IMG/VR virus record: IMGVR_UViG_3300032280_000753
Span: 64,001 to 128,000 of that record
DNA from: a virus
Lineage: Duplodnaviria > Caudoviricetes
Direction: 5' to 3' (one strand)
Length of the DNA: 64,000 nucleotides
The position numbers were made by a program, and so were the translations under genes. The notes beneath the pieces were generated by a model. It made no database searches. It saw only the letters and a program-made list of their open reading frames with translations, and was not told where the DNA came from. Shown here piece by piece: positions 1-8,646 of the stretch. Position 1 is the first letter of the stretch. Each line of letters begins with the position of its first letter.

Positions 1-1
1 A

Positions 2-619
2 AAATGTGTAGCTTCCAGCGGTAAAATATCAAAACCAGCAGGCTTTTCTTCAAAAAAGAAAAATTATGTTGTGTATGAAGATGCCATCCAAGTAAAAAAC
101 AAATTATATAATTTCGAAATTGACTGGGATCAATGGTGGCCAGAAATTAAAAACTCTTATAAGCGTTCTGTAAAGAAACAATTTTTACAGATAATGCCAA
201 AAGATACCAGTTGGCATTATTTGCTACAAGATATCAAAGCAAAGGTTGTAGGAGAAGGAACCGTAATTCAAGGAAAGACAATTGGCAAAACAGTTCTGTT
301 TTTTAATTACGTTGGAGGCTTGAACTCACTTAATTTAGAAATTAACAAATATCAAATTGAAAATTGTGGAGTTGGTGCTGCACCAGAATTAACTTTAGAA
401 TGGCTTGGTCTAAATCCAGAAGATTCAAAACAGCCTTATGGTATAATTTATATTAAAGATTCTGGGACCAACACAAATAGAAACAATCCGCTGTTCTATA
501 TAGAAATAAGAACAGATGGCGAAGGGCATCCACCTCAATTGAAAATTGGTCCGGGTCTTAAAGATCCAAAATTTGTAGCATCTTACATATATAAACAAAC
601 ACTTAAGAATAAAGACTAA
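2..619 (+). CDS. hypothetical protein, 5'-truncated by window edge
   Basis: Track ORF 71..619; the same frame is open from base 2 (KCVASSGKISKP...), so the gene starts upstream of the window. No recognised family. Confidence 0.7.
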   Translation, partial: KCVASSGKISKPAGFSSKKKNYVVYEDAIQVKNKLYNFEIDWDQWWPEIKNSYKRSVKKQFLQIMPKDTSWHYLLQDIKAKVVGEGTVIQGKTIGKTVLFFNYVGGLNSLNLEINKYQIENCGVGAAPELTLEWLGLNPEDSKQPYGIIYIKDSGTNTNRNNPLFYIEIRTDGEGHPPQLKIGPGLKDPKFVASYIYKQTLKNKD

Positions 620-621
620 TA

Positions 622-1185
622 TTAGGTCTTAAGCATATCAAATATAGCTGGACCATAGAGCTTAACTGGCTCTGGTAATCCCGCTATAAATGCTTTTACA
701 TTGCCCTTGGCTAATGCCTTACGCATAACTGTTCCAGAGATACCACCCGTCTCGCCTCTATCAATCATTATAAGTTCAAATTGATCGTTCTCTACAAGAC
801 GTGGCCAATATTTCATTTGCTTTTCTTGGGAATAGTTGCTTGCTGCATCTTCCGGATCTGAATAGATATAATAGCTATTATAATTGTTTGCATCTGCGTT
901 GGCATCTATTAATAGTTCCATAATAGAACGAATTGGAGTGCGAGCATATATAACATCAACGTTACCAAGCTTTACAATTGCAGGTTCAAGGTATTGGTTC
1001 CAGACCGGTTGCATTTGTGCCCATACAAGAGGAAGTTCTCCTTCACGCTTTCTGTCTCCAATTGAAACAAAAAGTTTAACTTCATCACATTCACTTGAAG
1101 CTTTTTGAACTAAATTGTAGTGACCAGCGGTGAAAGGTTTAAAGCCACCAGCAATAAGACCAATTGTTTTGCGAACACTTTTCAT
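622..1185 (-). CDS. HIGH-superfamily nucleotidyltransferase (phage cytidyltransferase-like)
   Basis: N-terminal GGFKPFTAGH (HxGH-type) and C-terminal ISGTVMR (KMSKS-equivalent) motifs. Confidence 0.8.
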   Translation of the reverse strand: MKSVRKTIGLIAGGFKPFTAGHYNLVQKASSECDEVKLFVSIGDRKREGELPLVWAQMQPVWNQYLEPAIVKLGNVDVIYARTPIRSIMELLIDANADANNYNSYYIYSDPEDAASNYSQEKQMKYWPRLVENDQFELIMIDRGETGGISGTVMRKALAKGNVKAFIAGLPEPVKLYGPAIFDMLKT

Positions 1186-1196
1186 GTATAACCTTC

Positions 1197-1216
1197 TCTA
1201 ATTGGTAGGGTTCCAC
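1197..1216 (+). repeat. 20-bp dispersed element TCTAATTGGTAGGGTTCCAC, copy 1
   Basis: Exact reverse complement at 35346-35365; lies 20 nt upstream of the ATG at 1237. Confidence 0.9.
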
Positions 1217-1236
1217 AAACTAATTATTATAATACC

Positions 1237-1602
1237 ATGAATAATATACACGATATACCGGATAACATTTGGGAAGCTATTAATTATGTTTTGCAATATG
1301 CCAATACATCAGAAGATTGGTTGGCAGTTAAAAAAGAAATATTATGGCTATTAACAAATGAACACCGTCACTATTTCTCTCGTAGACACTACTCAACTAA
1401 AAAACATTCCATAAATGATTTTGAAAAACTCGTGATCGAATACTGGTACTCGGAGACAGGCAAACGTTTAACAATAACTGATAATCTTATACACAATCCT
1501 GAGTGGGTAAGGCATAGACGTGGCTGGGGTCTTAAGAAATACAACAAAGAGAGACAGAAGAATGCACTCAAACTCAAAAGAAAAAATAAAGAAAATCCGT
1601 GA
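1237..1602 (+). CDS. hypothetical protein, basic C-terminus
   Basis: 121-aa ATG ORF; no family recognised. Confidence 0.65.
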   Translation: MNNIHDIPDNIWEAINYVLQYANTSEDWLAVKKEILWLLTNEHRHYFSRRHYSTKKHSINDFEKLVIEYWYSETGKRLTITDNLIHNPEWVRHRRGWGLKKYNKERQKNALKLKRKNKENP

Positions 1603-2854
1603 ACGAGCTTTGTTAAGAGAATATCTTTCTTTGTTGATGGAACAAAAAAATCTTCTCAATGAAGAAGGTGATTTCTTTCAAACAGATTTTGCCAGAATGT
1701 TTGGTTTGGATTCTGTCAAAAACATTGTTGACACTTCATTAATGGGAGTAAAAAAATTAGCGACTGTTGGAGCCGGTGAGGCAAAGATCGCAGCAAAAAG
1801 TTTGGCTTTTGCATTAATACCTGGCATAGTTCCAGATGCCGGCAGCATTGCTAAAATGGGCGATGAAGATAGAGAAGATTTGAAAGACAAATTGAGAAAT
1901 ATTGATAGTCAATATGCAGAAGTCATAAAGAAAAATGAAGAAATATTTGATAACCCAGATTTTAACATGGCTCTGTTTATAGCCAACCCCGGTATCGCAC
2001 TTGGAAAATGGGCATCAAATCACGTGCCTGGAGAAGCGAAAGAAATTGTAGAATCAATTATAGGTTCTGAAGAAGATTTACAAAAATTAGATCGTGAAAC
2101 ATCTGAACTTGTAAGAAAATTTACCGGCACCAGCGAAGAAGATTTAAGAAAACAAGAAGAATTATACAGACAAAATAAACAATTAGCACAGGGCGCACGT
2201 GCTGCCGCAGCGGAAACACAAGTTAGTGATACCAGTCGTGCTTACGTAGAGGAGATAGGAAGTTTACGTAAAGACTTGGGTATACAGCTATTCGGATCGG
2301 AACGAGAAGCCCGTAAGGCAGGATTCTTAAAAGAAGCAAATCAACCAGTTCAGCAACCAGTTCAGCAACCAGTTCAGCAACCAGTTCAGCAACCAGCAGT
2401 TAAAACATTAACACCTGCTCAAAGACAAGAGTTTATGAAGAGTTGGAATGCATTGAAACAAAGATGGGTAGCGGCTCTTCAATCGACAAAAATACAAACC
2501 AAATTGTTGCAATCTCCCATGGTTCAAAAGGGACAACAAATATTAATTGATGAAATAATGAATAAAGCTCGTGGAACTTTGAATAATATTAACTTTGAAA
2601 ATATAAAGCAAAAATATAAAGCTAATATAGAACAATATTTTAAATCTAAAAAGATCAATCCGGAAGAGCAACAGAAACAGTTAGAAAATCCGGAGATACA
2701 AAAAGAGTTGGTAGCTACAATAAGGGCAGCACTTAAGCCAGCATATGTCGAACAACTAAATGCATTAAAAAAACAAAATCCTGCATTATCTGGAAAAGTT
2801 GATATAGCAATTAAAGAGCTTGAACAAATCGCACCAGGAAATATCAAACAGTAA
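1520..2854 (+). CDS. hypothetical helical protein with QQPV repeats, possible internal virion protein
   Basis: 444-aa ORF; start uncertain (ATG at 1562 is an alternative). Clustered L-x-E motifs near the N-terminus (LLREYLSLLMEQKNLLNEE). Confidence 0.75.
   Translation: MAGVLRNTTKRDRRMHSNSKEKIKKIRERALLREYLSLLMEQKNLLNEEGDFFQTDFARMFGLDSVKNIVDTSLMGVKKLATVGAGEAKIAAKSLAFALIPGIVPDAGSIAKMGDEDREDLKDKLRNIDSQYAEVIKKNEEIFDNPDFNMALFIANPGIALGKWASNHVPGEAKEIVESIIGSEEDLQKLDRETSELVRKFTGTSEEDLRKQEELYRQNKQLAQGARAAAAETQVSDTSRAYVEEIGSLRKDLGIQLFGSEREARKAGFLKEANQPVQQPVQQPVQQPVQQPAVKTLTPAQRQEFMKSWNALKQRWVAALQSTKIQTKLLQSPMVQKGQQILIDEIMNKARGTLNNINFENIKQKYKANIEQYFKSKKINPEEQQKQLENPEIQKELVATIRAALKPAYVEQLNALKKQNPALSGKVDIAIKELEQIAPGNIKQ
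2342..2396 (+). repeat. in-frame 12-bp tandem repeat (CAACCAGTTCAG) x ~4.6 encoding QQPV
   Basis: Directly visible perfect tandem repeat. Confidence 0.95.
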
Positions 2855-2921
2855 TTTCATATAGATTTCATCCATTTAAAAAACTTGCTATTATCCTCTT
2901 TCAAAAAAGGAGTGATATATA

Positions 2922-3191
2922 ATGGCATTAGATGGAGCAGAACGTCAACCCGATGAATTAGGTGCGCTTACCGCATTGGTAAGTGAATTCGTGGATAGAC
3001 TTAAATCAATTGAAGCTGAAATAGATACTCTCAAGCAAGATCAAAAAGAACTTGTAGAAGAGTATAGTGACCGCCTTGATGTTAAAACTCTTCAGGCGGC
3101 TATGAGAACTGTCAAGATTAAAAAGAAGGTCGGGTATAAAGATACCTTTGACACCTTCGTTGATATCTTGGAAGAGAAAGAAAATCTATGA
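2922..3191 (+). CDS. small DNA-binding protein, GapR/DUF2312 or T4 DsbA-like
   Basis: EFVDRLKSIEAEIDTLKQDQKELVEE...LDVKTL pattern; AGGAG Shine-Dalgarno (SD) upstream. Confidence 0.6.
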   Translation: MALDGAERQPDELGALTALVSEFVDRLKSIEAEIDTLKQDQKELVEEYSDRLDVKTLQAAMRTVKIKKKVGYKDTFDTFVDILEEKENL

Positions 3192-3646
3192 ACACCACAA
3201 AAGCAGTAAGTAAGCAACCTCAATTACCAGTTATTCTTTATGAAGAACCTTCTGGTAAAAATGACAAAGGCATTTCAATGCCATACATTGAAGTCCAAAA
3301 AGAAGGTCAGATGCCTCCAATGTTATTCATCTTTGAATATAAACATACCGGAGAGACAGAACCAGATGACCGTGGTAGAGAAGTCGCTATCGTTGATCAA
3401 ATCCCACACAAGTATGTGGATATGGAATATCTTAAAGATAGACTTTCACCAGAACTAAATGATCAAATTCGTGTTGCACTTGGTATGAAACCATTACAAG
3501 TTGCAAAAGAAGAAGGTCAAAAAATAATGGATAAAGTAATGTTCCAGGTTTCACTTATTAAAGATGATGCTGAAAAAGAGAAACTTGAAAAAAGAGATTT
3601 AGTAGAAAAAGAATTAGAAAAGAAAACAAAGGAGATAATGCAATGA
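3188..3646 (+). CDS. hypothetical protein
   Basis: 152-aa ORF with ATGA overlap to its neighbours. Confidence 0.75.
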   Translation: MNTTKAVSKQPQLPVILYEEPSGKNDKGISMPYIEVQKEGQMPPMLFIFEYKHTGETEPDDRGREVAIVDQIPHKYVDMEYLKDRLSPELNDQIRVALGMKPLQVAKEEGQKIMDKVMFQVSLIKDDAEKEKLEKRDLVEKELEKKTKEIMQ

Positions 3647-3831
3647 AACTACACCCACACGTTGTTGAGAAACTCGTTTATCTATACGAAAACTATGGCG
3701 GACATCTTAATAACTCAAAACTAAAAGCTAAGTTAGAACAACTTGATCTATCAGCTTATGAACGCAAAACCGGCGAACAAGATGTTGTTCTCGTTCTTAC
3801 GGAAGATATGATGAAAGCTCTTCGTCGGTGA
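3643..3831 (+). CDS. hypothetical protein
   Basis: 62-aa ORF coupled by ATGA/GTGA overlaps; GGAG SD. Confidence 0.7.
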   Translation: MKLHPHVVEKLVYLYENYGGHLNNSKLKAKLEQLDLSAYERKTGEQDVVLVLTEDMMKALRR

Positions 3832-4400
3832 GTAAATCTATGCCAATTGGAGAAAATAATTCTTTATCTATCGGACAAATAATCTACGTTCTTTCCAATA
3901 AAACGCAAAAGATTATTCCAGCGATAGTTGTTGAAGAAATGACTGTCAAAAAAATTGATGGCAACGAAACCTCTTGGAAAGTTTCGGTAGGTCCACAAGG
4001 CAAAGAAAAAATTATAGATTCTAAACGTCTGGATGGAGAACTTTACGCAAATCTTGATGAAATACAAAGAGTAATGCAAGAACGCTTAAGTGAATTCATT
4101 ACTCAAATAGTTTCCGATGCCCGATCTCGTGCTGAGACTTGGTATGGTCAAAAAACAAAATTAATTCAACAACAAGTTAATAACGATAAAATAGATCCTA
4201 ATACCTTGTTTGATGAAGATGTTCCGGAGACAAGCACAAAACCATCTGGTTTAAATAAAGCACAAGCGGCTAAAGAAGCACGTAACAAGCTATTGGCTGC
4301 AATGTCAGATGAACAGAAAAATAGTTCTGGCGAAATAGTAGATTCAGAAGAAATTCAGTTACCTGATGGACAAGTAGTAAAGGTTAATATTAGAACATGA
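3828..4400 (+). CDS. hypothetical protein
   Basis: 190-aa ORF, translationally coupled to groEL. Confidence 0.75.
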   Translation: MSKSMPIGENNSLSIGQIIYVLSNKTQKIIPAIVVEEMTVKKIDGNETSWKVSVGPQGKEKIIDSKRLDGELYANLDEIQRVMQERLSEFITQIVSDARSRAETWYGQKTKLIQQQVNNDKIDPNTLFDEDVPETSTKPSGLNKAQAAKEARNKLLAAMSDEQKNSSGEIVDSEEIQLPDGQVVKVNIRT

Positions 4401-6142
4401 GTAATCAAGTAGGTGCCCCCAGTCAACGGGTTGTATTTTTTCCTAAAGCCCATGAAGAGCTTTTCAAAGGCGCAACGGTTCTTGCAAATGCAGTAGCTTC
4501 TACAATGGGACCATCTGGGCATTCAGTTATCATAGATATGGAAACCGGTCCTCCACTAATAACTAAAGACGGTGTAACGGTAGCTAAATCTATTAATCTT
4601 AAAGATAAGCTTCAATCAATGGGTGCCGAGCTCCTTAAGGAAGTTGCTTCTAAGACAAATGACATTGCTGGAGATGGGACAACGACTGCAACTGTTCTTG
4701 GTCATGCTATATTTGCAGAAGGTCTTAAGATGATATCTACGGGACGTTCTGCAATTGATATCAAAAAGGGAATGGATAAATCCGCAGATATAATAGTTGA
4801 TTATCTTAAAAAAACTGCCATTCCACTTTCATCACGAGAAGATATTATTAATGTAGGGACAATATCAGCCAATGGAGATCGTTCTATTGGTGAGCTATTA
4901 GCCAAAGCTATTGAACGTGTTGGTAATGATGGTATTATAACGGTAGAACCAGCTAAAAGCGTTGAGACTACTCTTGACATTGTTGAGGGTATGCAGTTAG
5001 ACGCCGGATATGTTTCTCCATTTTTTATCACAAATTCCGAGAGAGCTACGTGTGAACTCGATAACCCATATATCTTAATAACTCCTAACAAGATATCTTC
5101 AATACAAGATATTGTTGGTTTGTTAGAGGGTGTTCTTAGAACTTCTCGTCCACTTCTTATCGTCGCAGATGATGTAGAAGGTGAAGCTCTTCATACTCTT
5201 ATTGTTAATAAGACTAAGGGTGTTGTTAAGGTATGCGCTATAAAGGCTCCAAGTTATGGAGAACACAGAGCAGATATTCTTTCAGATATTCAAGTTCTTA
5301 CTGGTGGAACTGTTTTTAACGCCACCACCGATCTTACTCTTAAGAAAGCATCTCTTAGTCATATGGGTTCTGCTAAAAAGGTTATTATCGGGCGGTCCTC
5401 TACTACAATCATTAGTGACCTTGATGTAGATCGTAAGAACGCTTTAGAAGACCGTATACGGTCGCTTAGAACCTCTCTAACAGAAGATAAGACGCTTGAT
5501 GCCCTTCACGTAGACAAATACCGTAAAAGGCTTGCAAGGCTCTCTGGCGGGGTAGCTGTTATTAAGGTTGGTGGCTCTACAGAAGTAGAGATTTTGGAAA
5601 AGAAAGATAGAGTAGAGGATGCTGTAAACGCAACCTTAGCTGCTACACAAGAAGGCATTGTTCCTGGTGGTGGCACGGCTCTTTTCTATGCCGCTAATCA
5701 TCTTAGAGAACATATTAAGTTAAAACAAGCAAATGCATCAGGCGATTATACGCAAGATGAATTAGCCGGTATGGAAATTATCGCTAACGTCTGTGAATAT
5801 CCTTTAAACACAATCGTAAGTAATACTGGTGCTTCGCCAGATGTTATTAAAGAAAGACTTAAAGCCGCCACTACCGGACATAAGGTTTTTTATATAGACA
5901 CAGAAAATGCTGATGTTGAAGACCTTGTATCTGCGGTTAGACATTTTAAGAATAAATCTGAGACAAAGAAAAATGATAGAAGATATGGATATAATGCTGC
6001 CAAGGGCACATATGGCGATTTGGTTTCAGAAGGCATTATAGATCCAGTAAAAGTTACAAGATTTGCGCTACAACACGCAGTTAGCGTCATCGGTTTGACG
6101 TTATCTTGCAATTCCGTAATAGTAAACGAAGAGGAGAATTGA
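4397..6142 (+). CDS. groEL: chaperonin GroEL (Cpn60)
   Basis: ITKDGVTVAK, GDGTTTA, LSGGVAVIKVG, GIVPGGG and GIIDP motifs; no GGM tail. Confidence 0.97.
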   Translation: MSNQVGAPSQRVVFFPKAHEELFKGATVLANAVASTMGPSGHSVIIDMETGPPLITKDGVTVAKSINLKDKLQSMGAELLKEVASKTNDIAGDGTTTATVLGHAIFAEGLKMISTGRSAIDIKKGMDKSADIIVDYLKKTAIPLSSREDIINVGTISANGDRSIGELLAKAIERVGNDGIITVEPAKSVETTLDIVEGMQLDAGYVSPFFITNSERATCELDNPYILITPNKISSIQDIVGLLEGVLRTSRPLLIVADDVEGEALHTLIVNKTKGVVKVCAIKAPSYGEHRADILSDIQVLTGGTVFNATTDLTLKKASLSHMGSAKKVIIGRSSTTIISDLDVDRKNALEDRIRSLRTSLTEDKTLDALHVDKYRKRLARLSGGVAVIKVGGSTEVEILEKKDRVEDAVNATLAATQEGIVPGGGTALFYAANHLREHIKLKQANASGDYTQDELAGMEIIANVCEYPLNTIVSNTGASPDVIKERLKAATTGHKVFYIDTENADVEDLVSAVRHFKNKSETKKNDRRYGYNAAKGTYGDLVSEGIIDPVKVTRFALQHAVSVIGLTLSCNSVIVNEEEN

Positions 6143-6143
6143 T

Positions 6144-6503
6144 ATGAAAGGTGATAGAGTTACAATTAGTTCAGCAGTATTACATACGCAGGCAGATGAA
6201 GTTCTTCCTGTATATAGTCCATCCAAGCTTGGCAATGGTCAGCTTAAAGAAAGCTATGATGGTTCGTATGAGTTTGCAAAAATGGGTGGAGTTAAAGCGG
6301 GTTCTACTGGAACAATCCAGGGACCACCACTTAAAATTCATCGCACCCAATTGATGCATCTACAAAATACGCCAGCTACAGCAGCCCTTGGAGGAACAAA
6401 CGATTTCGTCAGTATGTTCCCCATATTCCTCGATCATTATCAGCAGATAGGATGGTTTCCATCCGATCATATCCGAATTGTATCGGGCGACGTATTACGT
6501 TGA
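6144..6503 (+). CDS. hypothetical protein
   Basis: 119-aa ORF directly after groEL with GAGGAG SD; no GroES signature. Confidence 0.7.
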   Translation: MKGDRVTISSAVLHTQADEVLPVYSPSKLGNGQLKESYDGSYEFAKMGGVKAGSTGTIQGPPLKIHRTQLMHLQNTPATAALGGTNDFVSMFPIFLDHYQQIGWFPSDHIRIVSGDVLR

Positions 6504-7001
6504 TCAGGAACCAGTTACTCTTTGCTTAAGAAGATACAAAGCACCTTCATGAGTATCTAAGATTGTGCCAAGTAGCTGTTCAACGCCTCGAGTAAGTAAT
6601 CCCTGGCTCTTAAGTCGATCCATAAGTTTCTCACCGGCTGTTATAAAAGATTTCTCCGCAAGGAGGGATCTTTTTGCCAATTTAAGGGCTGGTGCATCCA
6701 TAAGGTCAGCGTCCTCTAATGCTTCAATATAACGACGAACGTTCTCAATTGAATGCTTTGACATTACAAGATCAATCGAACCTAATCCTACTGCCTTCTC
6801 ACCAACGCCATCAATCTGTCCATCAGCTAACTCATACAATCTCTGATAAAGAAGGTGGTCCCCGTAATACTGAGAACCTTGGACTTGCCAATGGTGGGTA
6901 TGATGAAGTAAAGAAAGCGCACGTAATAGATCAAGGAATATTCCAAGTTCAGCATACTTTGCATCGCCATACGTAATAAATAAATCTTCTATTTTAAGCA
7001 T
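6504..7001 (-). CDS. Dps/ferritin-like protein
   Basis: HHWQVQG..YGDHLLYQRLYE...IDGVGEK resembles the Dps ferroxidase pattern HW..G..H.......D...E. Confidence 0.8.
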   Translation of the reverse strand: MLKIEDLFITYGDAKYAELGIFLDLLRALSLLHHTHHWQVQGSQYYGDHLLYQRLYELADGQIDGVGEKAVGLGSIDLVMSKHSIENVRRYIEALEDADLMDAPALKLAKRSLLAEKSFITAGEKLMDRLKSQGLLTRGVEQLLGTILDTHEGALYLLKQRVTGS

Positions 7002-7022
7002 TATGAAATCCTTTGGGGTTAA

Positions 7023-7388
7023 TTATTGTGCTATTAGCTTCTTAAGAACATTTTCTACGGATTTACATATATCATATGCTTCCTGTATATGTTTTCTAAT
7101 GGCTCGATTTTTAATGTGACCTTTATTACTAATAGTAGCGGTGTATAGGTCTTGTGTCCAATTTTCATATAACGTAACAATGTTAACAATGTTCATTGGA
7201 ACCTTTTGGTTCTTACTGAACTGTTGTATTACGTTTGGAATTATTTGAATGACATTATCTTCTGGATCGCTTGGATCTTTAGCTTCCGAATTTATAATCT
7301 CATTTATATCTTTGAGCATTGCCGCTATATCCTGCACTTTTTTCAGCAGGATCATAATTTCTTTTTTTGTTAGCGTGTCAAAACTCAT
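7023..7388 (-). CDS. hypothetical protein
   Basis: Track ORF 7023..7415; ATG at 7388 (MSFDTL) is preferred because it follows the ATACTTA motif and lies beyond a terminator. Confidence 0.65.
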   Translation of the reverse strand: MSFDTLTKKEIMILLKKVQDIAAMLKDINEIINSEAKDPSDPEDNVIQIIPNVIQQFSKNQKVPMNIVNIVTLYENWTQDLYTATISNKGHIKNRAIRKHIQEAYDICKSVENVLKKLIAQ

Positions 7389-7395
7389 ATATAGC

Positions 7396-7632
7396 TTAAG
7401 TATGCGAAAATACAAAAGAAAAAGCCACCGCAGAGGTGGCTCTTAACTGATATATATCTTTTTTTATTTCGTGATCTACATCTTCATAGATGCCATCGTA
7501 ACCGTTATTATAATTTGATGGAGGAATTGAAGGAATTGGTAATTGTATTTCAATCTGTAACGGTTGCTGCTCTTCCCGTTCCTTGATTTTATTTTTTACC
7601 CACTCCCAGAAATCAGGTGTATTTGTTTCCAT
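7396..7632 (-). CDS. small hypothetical protein
   Basis: 78-aa ORF with strong AGGAGG SD; 3' end runs through a terminator. Confidence 0.6.
   Translation of the reverse strand: METNTPDFWEWVKNKIKEREEQQPLQIEIQLPIPSIPPSNYNNGYDGIYEDVDHEIKKDIYQLRATSAVAFSFVFSHT
7414..7443 (-). terminator. intrinsic terminator
   Basis: AGCCACC-TCTGC-GGTGGCT stem followed by a T tract on the minus strand. Confidence 0.75.
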
Positions 7633-7635
7633 AAA

Positions 7636-7658
7636 CCCTCCTACTATAAATAGGAGGG
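7636..7658 (-). promoter_or_regulatory. hairpin sequestering an SD, with a putative late-promoter motif across its 5' arm and loop
   Basis: Minus strand reads CCCTCCTA-TTTATAG-TAGGAGGG-TTT-ATG. Confidence 0.6.
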
Positions 7659-7668
7659 GCTTTAAAGC

Positions 7669-8190
7669 TTATACTCTGGAACTCTTCTGATACCAATCAT
7701 ACAAAGCAATGCCAGAAGAAACTGTAACGTTATGATCGTTATTAAGACCAAGCATGGGAATGGTTACGATGCTATGGGATGCCGCAAGGATTTGATCCGG
7801 AACGCCCGTCTTCTCACTACCGAAGAATAGAACCGGATTTTCTGGATACCTAAAAGAACGAATATCATAACAATCCAAGTTGTCTCGACGTTCAAAACTA
7901 ACCAGATTGCGTCCCTTCATTCCATGAAGAAAACTATCAAGAGTAGACCAACGCTTAAGGTGGCGCTTCTCATACTTTAGCGTTGATAGAGCACCCTTCT
8001 CATAAAACCACTCAACCTCTACAAGATGAATATCTCGCACAAGAAAGTTATGAGCGGTTCTAATCATTCCACCAACATTAAACTCATTCTTTGAACCAAA
8101 GATTGCAATGCTTACAGGTTGACGAACTTCATCCAAGGCATCACAAATTTCATCACGAGTAAAACCAGAAAGATCCGGTGCGTTTGACAT
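7669..8190 (-). CDS. SpoU/TrmH-family (SPOUT) RNA methyltransferase
   Basis: NVGGMIRTA, LFFGSEKTGV and TIPMLG..DHNV motifs; ATG at 8190 preferred over the track start at 8199. Confidence 0.9.
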   Translation of the reverse strand: MSNAPDLSGFTRDEICDALDEVRQPVSIAIFGSKNEFNVGGMIRTAHNFLVRDIHLVEVEWFYEKGALSTLKYEKRHLKRWSTLDSFLHGMKGRNLVSFERRDNLDCYDIRSFRYPENPVLFFGSEKTGVPDQILAASHSIVTIPMLGLNNDHNVTVSSGIALYDWYQKSSRV

Positions 8191-8195
8191 ATTAA

Positions 8196-8516
8196 TCAAT
8201 CTTCATCGCTGTTGCGACTACGAACCCGCTGCTTACGACGTGGAATGACACCGCCAATTGGAGCACGATCATCACCTTCAAGAGAAGCATAGTATTCACG
8301 ACTACTACTAATACGGAAAGTAATACGTCCCATACCAGTATCATAAGGCGATACTTCAAGCTTAACCCTATCACCAACCTGCAAATCAATCTTATTCTGA
8401 CGCATCTTGCCAGATAGCTTTGCAGTCACAATCTGATCGGTCCCCTCAACCTTAACACGGAAAATATCACGAGAATGATCAAGAACAAAACCAATCAATT
8501 CCATACGATCTGTCAT
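8196..8516 (-). CDS. infA: translation initiation factor IF-1 with C-terminal extension
   Basis: FRVK...AKLSGKMRQNKI.L.VGDRVKLEVSPYD...GRITFR is the IF1 signature. Confidence 0.92.
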   Translation of the reverse strand: MTDRMELIGFVLDHSRDIFRVKVEGTDQIVTAKLSGKMRQNKIDLQVGDRVKLEVSPYDTGMGRITFRISSSREYYASLEGDDRAPIGGVIPRRKQRVRSRNSDED

Positions 8517-8562
8517 TAGCTATTTACCTTTTCTATCTTTCTTTTTTGTTTAGTATCCGAAA

Positions 8563-8635
8563 CGTTCCCGGCAGGAGTCGAACCTGCGACCGACGAGGTA
8601 GAAGCTCGTAGCTCTATCCTCTGAGCTACAGGAAC
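8563..8635 (-). tRNA. tRNA-Arg(TCT), no encoded CCA
   Basis: GTTCCTG/CGGGAAC acceptor stem, ACGAG-CT-TCT-AC-CTCGT anticodon arm, GGTTCGACTCC T arm. Confidence 0.95.
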
Positions 8636-8646
8636 CTGATACACCT

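Noticed and set aside
2342-2396. CRISPR-like repeat
   Set aside because: Perfect 12-bp tandem units with no spacers, in frame within a CDS.
6144-6503. GroES next to groEL
   Set aside because: Only a DRV tripeptide matches; the mobile-loop GGI and V.VG.G motifs are missing.
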